Position numbers and translations under genes: made by a program | In this document: one piece after another, positions 58,578-64,000 of the stretch | Position numbering within the stretch: position 1 is the stretch's first letter | Layout: each line of letters opens with the position of its first letter | Notes under the pieces: model-generated | What the model was told of the DNA's origin: nothing | Database searches by the model: none | Seen by the model: only the letters and a program-made list of their open reading frames with translations | Virus record (IMG/VR): IMGVR_UViG_3300027849_000009 | From: a virus | Reading direction: 5' to 3' (one strand) | DNA: 64,000 nucleotides

Positions 58578-59540
58578 ATGAGTCATGAATTAGAGATTGT
58601 AAACGGTAAAGCACAAATGGCATATGCAGGACAAGTTCCTTGGCATGGTCTCGGTACTAAAGTATCTACAGATTTGTCTCCGAGAGAGATGATGGTCGAA
58701 GCGGGATTGGATTGGGGTGTGGAGAAACACTCTGCATTGATCAACGTGCGTGGTGAGTTAATTGAGACGGGTCAGGAAGCACTTATCCGTACAGATACCA
58801 ATGCTGTACTAACTAACGTAGGTAAGAACTGGAATCCTGTTCAGAATAGCGAAGCATTCGATTTCTTTGCTGAGTACTGCGCCGCTGGCGATATGGAGAT
58901 GCACACAGCGGGTTCACTAAAGGATGGGCAAATCACTTGGGTTCTTGCTAAAGTAAATGAGTCATTCGATATCCTTGGTGATGATCAAGTAGATTCGTTC
59001 TTGTTACTATCTAACCCACATCAGTATGGCAAAGCAATCAATGTTCGCTTCACTCCTATTCGTGTAGTATGTAACAACACCTTGACCTTCTCACTTAGTG
59101 CGAACTCAAACAATCAAGTAACTATGAATCACCGTTCTAAGTTTAATCCTGATGAAGTTAAAGCACATATGGGAATTGCTCACGACAAGTTTGCTCAGTA
59201 TAAAGAGATGGCGAATTACTTAGGACACAAGCAAGCATCATTCGGTGATTTGATTAACTACTTTAACAACGTGTTCCCAGTTGCTAATGCTGCCGCTCGT
59301 GAAGCGAAATCATACAGTGATTTGTCTCGTACTGCTAAGATAGCGATGGATCAACTTGACACACAACCGGGTGCTGAGTACGGACGCGGATCATGGTGGC
59401 AAGCACTTAATGCAGTGACTTACACAACCGATCACTTGTTGGGTCGCTCTGCTGATACTCGTATGGCGTCTGCATGGTTCGGATCTAATCAAGCGAAGAA
59501 AGTCAAAGCAGTAAACCTCGCAGTTGAGATGGCATCGTAA
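58578..59540 (+). CDS. DUF932 family protein
   Basis: VPWHGLG, PVQNSEAFDFF, TPIRVVCNNTL, WWQALNAVT. Confidence 0.88.
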   Translation: MSHELEIVNGKAQMAYAGQVPWHGLGTKVSTDLSPREMMVEAGLDWGVEKHSALINVRGELIETGQEALIRTDTNAVLTNVGKNWNPVQNSEAFDFFAEYCAAGDMEMHTAGSLKDGQITWVLAKVNESFDILGDDQVDSFLLLSNPHQYGKAINVRFTPIRVVCNNTLTFSLSANSNNQVTMNHRSKFNPDEVKAHMGIAHDKFAQYKEMANYLGHKQASFGDLINYFNNVFPVANAAAREAKSYSDLSRTAKIAMDQLDTQPGAEYGRGSWWQALNAVTYTTDHLLGRSADTRMASAWFGSNQAKKVKAVNLAVEMAS

Positions 59541-59550
59541 TTAACGCCTG

Positions 59551-59606
59551 AAAAACGTCTTTAGTATAAATATTATAATGATATTCATGTACTAAAGGCG
59601 TTGTTT
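59551..59606 (+). promoter_or_regulatory. Late promoter inside an RBS-sequestering hairpin
   Basis: TATAAATA at 59565 in the left arm; arms 59554-59575 and 59579-59602; AAAGG in the right arm; ATG at 59608. Confidence 0.8.
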
Positions 59607-59607
59607 T

Positions 59608-60081
59608 ATGATCGATCCTATATCTGCTGTGGCAGTTGCAACATCCGCATACAAAACAATAACTGCAATGCTTTCTGCTGGACGTGAAGTTGAAGATACT
59701 CTCGGTCAGTTAGGAAAATGGTACGGCGCTATCGCTGACTTCAATGAAGCAAAGCGACAAGCAGAAAATCCCCCTCTATTCAAGAAACTATTCTATTCCT
59801 CAAGTATTGAACAAGAGGCGATGAATATGTTCATTCAAGAACGAAAAATCAAAGCACAAGAAAAAGACCTCCGAGAACTATTGACCTTCTGTTTTCCTGG
59901 TGACGCATACAAAGAATTGACGGATATGCGTAGAAAAATAAGGGATCAGCGAGAGAAAACCCAGTACAAGCAAATTCGCCAGAGACAAGCATTTGTTGCC
60001 AATGCAATCAACTGTATACTGATTGTTGTTTTAAGTGCTTTTACGTATGGTATATTTTCAATGATTATAAATAACATATAG
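59608..60081 (+). CDS. Helical protein with C-terminal TM anchor
   Basis: Coiled-coil body; AINCILIVVLSAFTYGIFSMII. Confidence 0.7.
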   Translation: MIDPISAVAVATSAYKTITAMLSAGREVEDTLGQLGKWYGAIADFNEAKRQAENPPLFKKLFYSSSIEQEAMNMFIQERKIKAQEKDLRELLTFCFPGDAYKELTDMRRKIRDQREKTQYKQIRQRQAFVANAINCILIVVLSAFTYGIFSMIINNI

Positions 60082-60128
60082 ATAAGATAAGATAAACAAT
60101 TGAATTAAATGAATGAAAGGTGGAATAA

Positions 60129-60689
60129 ATGAAACATATAATTTGTGTGATGTTAATGGGAATGCTATGCACCATAGCGAATGCACAAGATGCTCCCATT
60201 GATGATACTATCAGAACAGACTCAGTAACAAACAGTACGGTTGATTCAACATCGAGATCAACTACCACGCTGAACTCTCCTCCTGCTTCTGCAATAACTC
60301 CGACTATCAATACGTCAAACTCTGACTTATGTACGTTCGGTGTTGCGGGTGCAATTCAAACACAGATTCTAGGTATCTCTACTGGCACTCAGGTGACAGA
60401 TGATAACTGTGAACGCCTGAAACTTTCGAAGACTCTGTATGATATGGGTATGAAAGTGGCAGCGGTTTCGACGATGTGTCAAGACGAACGAGTATTCAAC
60501 GCTATGATGATGGCAGGCACTCCGTGTCCCTACGATGGTATGATTGGATCAGAAGCAAAGGCAGCATGGGAAGTTAATGCTGAAGAGAAACCAGATGCTA
60601 AAAAAGAAGAGGAGGGACTGACTGATGGTACTAAGACATTATTGGGCGGCGCTGGCGTTGCTAGTTTGCTCTTGTTACTCCTACTCTAA
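60129..60689 (+). CDS. Exported protein with Cys-bounded beta-hairpin and C-terminal hydrophobic anchor
   Basis: Signal peptide ending ANA|QD; four Cys in the mature part; LLGGAGVASLLLLLL end. Confidence 0.75.
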   Translation: MKHIICVMLMGMLCTIANAQDAPIDDTIRTDSVTNSTVDSTSRSTTTLNSPPASAITPTINTSNSDLCTFGVAGAIQTQILGISTGTQVTDDNCERLKLSKTLYDMGMKVAAVSTMCQDERVFNAMMMAGTPCPYDGMIGSEAKAAWEVNAEEKPDAKKEEEGLTDGTKTLLGGAGVASLLLLLLL

Positions 60690-61515
60690 CGATACAGTTT
60701 ATGGTTCTACGTCGAATGCGGCAGCAAATGGTTACAGATGGGTCATGACAAATGTTCTACCTCAACAGTTAGGATTGACTGTTGGTAATGTCATCTATCA
60801 ATACACTACAGTTAAGAATACTGATGACGATATGGTTGTCAGTGTACAGAATGAGAATGCGCGAGGCGAAGGTTATATCTTTAGATCAGTAGATGATTGG
60901 TCAGGAATACCGGGCAATAGTATAAATAAAGTCGTTCCTGCAGGCAACATAGACATATCATACTGGGGGAATGGTTCGATAGATTGGACAGGCACTGGTT
61001 CTGTTACAGATGCGAAAGTGATATACACGTATCAGTACGACCCATGTTTTGATCCGCAGACTGATCCCGCTTGCCCAGGATGGATAGCGCCAGTTAATTA
61101 CAGTATCGAAGACGCCGAAGCATACGATGCTTTATCTGAAGACTATGTTCAGAATGAACTGGATCGAAAGCAGACTCTCCAAGATGAAGAAGAGGAAGAA
61201 GAAGCGGAACGCAAGGCAAACATTCTAAGAAAGAAAAGAGAGAATGACGAACGACTAGAAGTAATGTTGGGATATGTGAATACATCCCTATTATCTGACG
61301 GTCAACTAATTCAGCATGAGATGCTAAAGGCGACAAACAATCTGTCGGGTGCGTATTATGCAACTATATCAGGTGGTAATTATCCAGAGACTATTAAGTT
61401 GATTGATAAGAAACTGCCGGATAGTAAGAGTGGTGTCAGAACCAATCTTGCGCAACAAGTGCTACACCAACAGATGGTCGACTCACAATATAATAATAAT
61501 AACGGAGAACAATAA
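60625..61515 (+). CDS. Exported protein (beta domain, Cys motif, acidic stalk)
   Basis: Signal peptide; DPCFDPQTDPACPG; EEEEEEAE. Confidence 0.7.
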   Translation: MVLRHYWAALALLVCSCYSYSNDTVYGSTSNAAANGYRWVMTNVLPQQLGLTVGNVIYQYTTVKNTDDDMVVSVQNENARGEGYIFRSVDDWSGIPGNSINKVVPAGNIDISYWGNGSIDWTGTGSVTDAKVIYTYQYDPCFDPQTDPACPGWIAPVNYSIEDAEAYDALSEDYVQNELDRKQTLQDEEEEEEAERKANILRKKRENDERLEVMLGYVNTSLLSDGQLIQHEMLKATNNLSGAYYATISGGNYPETIKLIDKKLPDSKSGVRTNLAQQVLHQQMVDSQYNNNNGEQ

Positions 61516-62009
61516 TGTTCAAAAAATTAATGTTATCGGTAGCAATTCTGAGTGGCAGTGCAATTGCCCAAGAAGTGCCTATTACTGGCAACGTAGAATC
61601 AAAATGTATAGTACAAACTGATACACTCGGAGTATATGGTAACCCGACTCCTAGTCAACTAACTACATCATCTAATAGTGGCGGAGTAACTCCTATTATT
61701 CGTTTCGATGTGATTCAAGCAAGTTTTTATAAAGCACGAATCACTACACCGAGCGGATTCTCAGAAAGTCCTGCGCTAGATGATGTTGTAACATGGACGG
61801 GTGATGTTGCTGTAGGCGAAGTTTCCGATGCTACTATGTCATCTTATAGCACCAGCAAAGTCGAGTACGATAACACAACTGAAATAGATTTGACAGTTGC
61901 GGGCAGTACTTGGTTTAATATTACATCAACAGCAGACTACGGATATGACACAGCACTTCCTGCTGGCACTTATCGTGCTGTTGTAAGCGCGGAATGTATC
62001 GCTCTGTAA
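61515..62009 (+). CDS. Fimbrial/pilin-like (Csu/SCPU-like) exported subunit
   Basis: Signal ending AIA|QE; ITGNVESKCIV; C-terminal LPAGTYRAVVSAEC. Confidence 0.6.
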   Translation: MFKKLMLSVAILSGSAIAQEVPITGNVESKCIVQTDTLGVYGNPTPSQLTTSSNSGGVTPIIRFDVIQASFYKARITTPSGFSESPALDDVVTWTGDVAVGEVSDATMSSYSTSKVEYDNTTEIDLTVAGSTWFNITSTADYGYDTALPAGTYRAVVSAECIAL

Positions 62010-62383
62010 TGCGTTTTTTTGTAATGCTATTATTGATGACTTTAAGCACCTATGTAATAGGTCATCAATGGACTCCAACTTATCCTACGTTGAAGAACTC
62101 TTATGTATCTGGGGTTCTTTCAACTAGGATGGAGTTGTTCAATGCTAGAAAAGAGGTGTTGTATTATCAGATTGGTGTATTTGATACCGACTTCAAAGCA
62201 GTGCCATTTGCTACCTCAGAAAAGATAATAAAGATTGAACACCTTGACCGAAGGACTGTTGACATTTTTATTAGAAATAGAGATAAAAGTAAAGCAGTAT
62301 ATATTTGTTCTAAGTCTAAGTTGTTAGCAAAGGGATCGGCAACAACCTCTATATCTTCAAGGATATGTTCTAAAATTAAATGA
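62009..62383 (+). CDS. PapD-like single-domain periplasmic chaperone candidate
   Basis: Signal peptide; MELFN..YYQIGVFD..VPFA..TVDIFI pattern; two Cys. Confidence 0.5.
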   Translation: MRFFVMLLLMTLSTYVIGHQWTPTYPTLKNSYVSGVLSTRMELFNARKEVLYYQIGVFDTDFKAVPFATSEKIIKIEHLDRRTVDIFIRNRDKSKAVYICSKSKLLAKGSATTSISSRICSKIK

Positions 62384-62393
62384 GTAAATTGTA

Positions 62394-62822
62394 GTGAGAA
62401 AGATTTTTATAATATTGATGTTAGTAAGTACCGGAGCAATAGGTGAATCTAGTTCTTTGAATCTTGCTATACCTCAATCACAACAGAGTTACCAGTCAGA
62501 CAGAATACGTGCAGGGAATATCGAATGTTCTAATGCTATCGGTTCTGCAACTAATGTTGAGTTTGGTGTTGTTGGAATCATTGGAGAGAATGATCCCTAC
62601 GGTTATAATAATAACTCTGGCGCCAGTATGAACACAGGTAGCAATAACGGTATGGTCAAAGATGTCGGTGTGTATGCTAAGATAACGATACCAATCGGTG
62701 GACCAAAAGAAAGAATAAACTGTAATACTTTGTATCAACTAGAACTAGAAAAGACTCGCTTAGAAGTTCGCAAACTGAAAGCAGAAATACAGAGTATGAA
62801 GCAACTAGAATTTGATAACTAA
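62394..62822 (+). CDS. Exported protein with amphipathic beta-hairpin and C-terminal coiled coil
   Basis: Signal peptide; C..NVEFGVVGI..VGVYAKITIPIG..C; LELEKTRLEVRKLKAEI. Confidence 0.65.
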   Translation: MRKIFIILMLVSTGAIGESSSLNLAIPQSQQSYQSDRIRAGNIECSNAIGSATNVEFGVVGIIGENDPYGYNNNSGASMNTGSNNGMVKDVGVYAKITIPIGGPKERINCNTLYQLELEKTRLEVRKLKAEIQSMKQLEFDN

Positions 62823-62836
62823 AGGATCAATGTAAC

Positions 62837-63295
62837 ATGGCAGAAGTAGAGTTTGGTGGAGTAACTTTTAGTGGCGGTAAGATGTTTGTCTTACTCTCTG
62901 CACTTTCTACTTTGGGCGGTGCTACATGGGCAGGTTTCGAGTTCTATTCCGACTACATGGATATGAAAGAGATTGTCCAGAACATCGACACTACCGAGAT
63001 AGCAAACCGAAATGCTCAGATCGAGATTAAACTTGACGAAGCAATCGACTATTCACGTAGTATCAAGAACGACCTTCGTGATGACTTCAATCGTATGGAA
63101 GGTAATGTTGACCGTATCGAAGATAAGAATCGTGATATGGAAGATAAAGTAAAGACGATGATTGATCGCGCCAGCGAGAGATTTGACTCAAAGAGAGATA
63201 GTCTTCAGAACGATACCGAGATTAAAATCAACTCTCTTGAAGATCGAATGAATAAGAAGATACAAACTGTTTTAGATAATCCTCTGGCAGATTAA
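62837..63295 (+). CDS. Membrane-anchored coiled-coil protein
   Basis: TM MFVLLSALSTLGGATWAGF followed by a long heptad region. Confidence 0.7.
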   Translation: MAEVEFGGVTFSGGKMFVLLSALSTLGGATWAGFEFYSDYMDMKEIVQNIDTTEIANRNAQIEIKLDEAIDYSRSIKNDLRDDFNRMEGNVDRIEDKNRDMEDKVKTMIDRASERFDSKRDSLQNDTEIKINSLEDRMNKKIQTVLDNPLAD

Positions 63296-63299
63296 AGTA

Positions 63300-63587
63300 A
63301 TGCAAGTAACAGATAGAGCAAGAGAGAAACTCCAAAACTTCTTAGAACAACGGAGTAAAGGTTGCGGTGTGTTCGTAACAGTTAAAACAACTGGATGCTC
63401 TGGGTATGCATATCATTTAGAATTTGCAAATGACCAAGATAGTCTTATCGAAGTAGACCCCAAATACAAGTATATGTTCGAAGGAGTCATTCTTGATTAT
63501 GTCAAGCAGGGTCTTAATGAAGGATTCGAATTTGACAATCCTAACGAAAAACACAAATGCGGTTGTGGTGAATCTTTTACCGTATAA
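63300..63587 (+). CDS. iscA: A-type Fe-S carrier (IscA/HesB family)
   Basis: TTGCSGYAY, FDNPN, CGCGESF. Confidence 0.92.
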   Translation: MQVTDRAREKLQNFLEQRSKGCGVFVTVKTTGCSGYAYHLEFANDQDSLIEVDPKYKYMFEGVILDYVKQGLNEGFEFDNPNEKHKCGCGESFTV

Positions 63588-63596
63588 AAATAACAC

Positions 63597-63625
63597 TTGA
63601 CATTCCTTATAAATCCTAGTATAAT
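63597..63625 (+). promoter_or_regulatory. Consensus sigma70 promoter with no clear downstream gene
   Basis: TTGACA-17-TATAAT-gcactta. Confidence 0.75.
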
Positions 63626-63744
63626 GCACTTAACGCTTTTATGAATACTAAATATTATCTTTTCAACAAATATCGCAAATACCAATTCTATCTTGAGAGA
63701 AAGGGTAATACTATAGATGTATATGTTTAGTACTATAAATCCTA

Positions 63745-63810
63745 TGAATGATGACTATTCATGAGATAAATGGTAATTAGGTTGACGATGTTGTGATATC
63801 ATGATATAAT
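63745..63810 (+). promoter_or_regulatory. Class B early cassette promoter
   Basis: TGAAT-N7-ATTCA 63745-63761, 20 bp, TTGACG 63782, 17 bp, TATAAT 63805. Confidence 0.85.
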
Positions 63811-63838
63811 AACACTATATTAACCAATTGAGAAAATT

Positions 63839-64000
63839 ATGAATTTATATGATATGAACGATACAAACTTTGATAACTACCAAAACTACATTATGGACAA
63901 TGCTGATCTTTCTGAGGTCACCATCTGTAACGGAGACACACTCTTGGAGGCAGCAGAAAATTCGTACCTCCTAGAAGAGTTCATGCAATCACCCCAATAC
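63839..64000 (+). CDS. Hypothetical early protein, 3'-truncated
   Basis: MNLYDMNDTNFDNYQNYIMDNAD..ICNGDTLLEAAE; open to the window end. Confidence 0.65.
   Translation, partial: MNLYDMNDTNFDNYQNYIMDNADLSEVTICNGDTLLEAAENSYLLEEFMQSPQY

Noticed and set aside
60129-63295. Curli (CsgA/F/G) or type IV pilus identity for the exported cluster
   Set aside because: No curlin repeats, no CsgG-like lipoprotein, no class III prepilin G|FxxxE motif and no ATPase.
1100-63685. Many minus-strand and nested ORFs in the track (e.g. 17587..18225, 21944..22387, 2930..3346, 48034..48444)
   Set aside because: They shadow well-supported + strand genes and lack RBSs and recognisable motifs; antisense open frames are expected from codon bias.
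46709-63761. Assigning the class B dyad to ArgR or MetR, or class A to CRP/FNR
   Set aside because: Half-sites are reminiscent, but the spacer length or sequence does not match (ARG box about N4, MetR TGAA-N5-TTCA, CRP TGTGA-N6-TCACA); left unassigned.
1-64000. CRISPR array, tRNA/rRNA genes, integrase, transposase, reverse transcriptase/DGR
   Set aside because: No repeat-spacer periodicity, cloverleaf or catalytic motifs seen by eye; intergenic gaps are short and explained by promoters and terminators. tRNAscan-SE and Infernal were not run.
1-64000. Stop-codon reassignment
   Set aside because: Core genes are full length in the standard code, and TAA, TAG and TGA all end genes.
1-64000. Calling this a cyanophage
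   Set aside because: The gene order is similar, but the window has no photosynthesis genes, and the Hsp20/ROSE and IscA look proteobacterial; the phycobiliprotein-like motif alone is insufficient.

Overview
A 64-kb segment of a T4-like myovirus with the gene order typical of marine T4-like phages. Nearly all real genes are on the + strand and use the standard code. Spanins, an IbpA-type Hsp20, IscA, MetK and sigma70 consensus promoters point to a Gram-negative, probably proteobacterial, host; no photosynthesis genes occur in this window. Layout: 1-13.9 kb fibre, neck and baseplate-like genes (gp13-15); 14-25 kb packaging, tail and head (gp16-23, gp3); 25-44 kb recombination and replication core (uvsY, uvsW, gp55, gp47, gp46, gp45, gp44, dexA, gp62, regA, hsp20, gp43, uvsX, gp40, gp41) interspersed with sugar and methyl modification enzymes; 44-59.5 kb accessory region of small promoter-led cassettes, auxiliary genes and spanins; 59.6-63.3 kb a tightly coupled cluster of exported and membrane proteins. 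Top leads: (1) that cluster resembles a phage-encoded, usher-less pilus or fibre secretion module, and its first gene sits behind a late-promoter/RBS-sequestering hairpin; (2) RGCY is almost absent from the whole window; (3) virion fibres are strongly enriched in D-S-[A/V], alongside a nucleotide-sugar toolkit; (4) two palindrome families sit exactly 20 bp upstream of consensus -35 boxes; (5) hsp20 carries a ROSE-type RNA thermometer; (6) a virion protein contains ~152-aa repeats with a phycobiliprotein-like Cys motif. All calls come from reading motifs by eye; no database search or computation was run.
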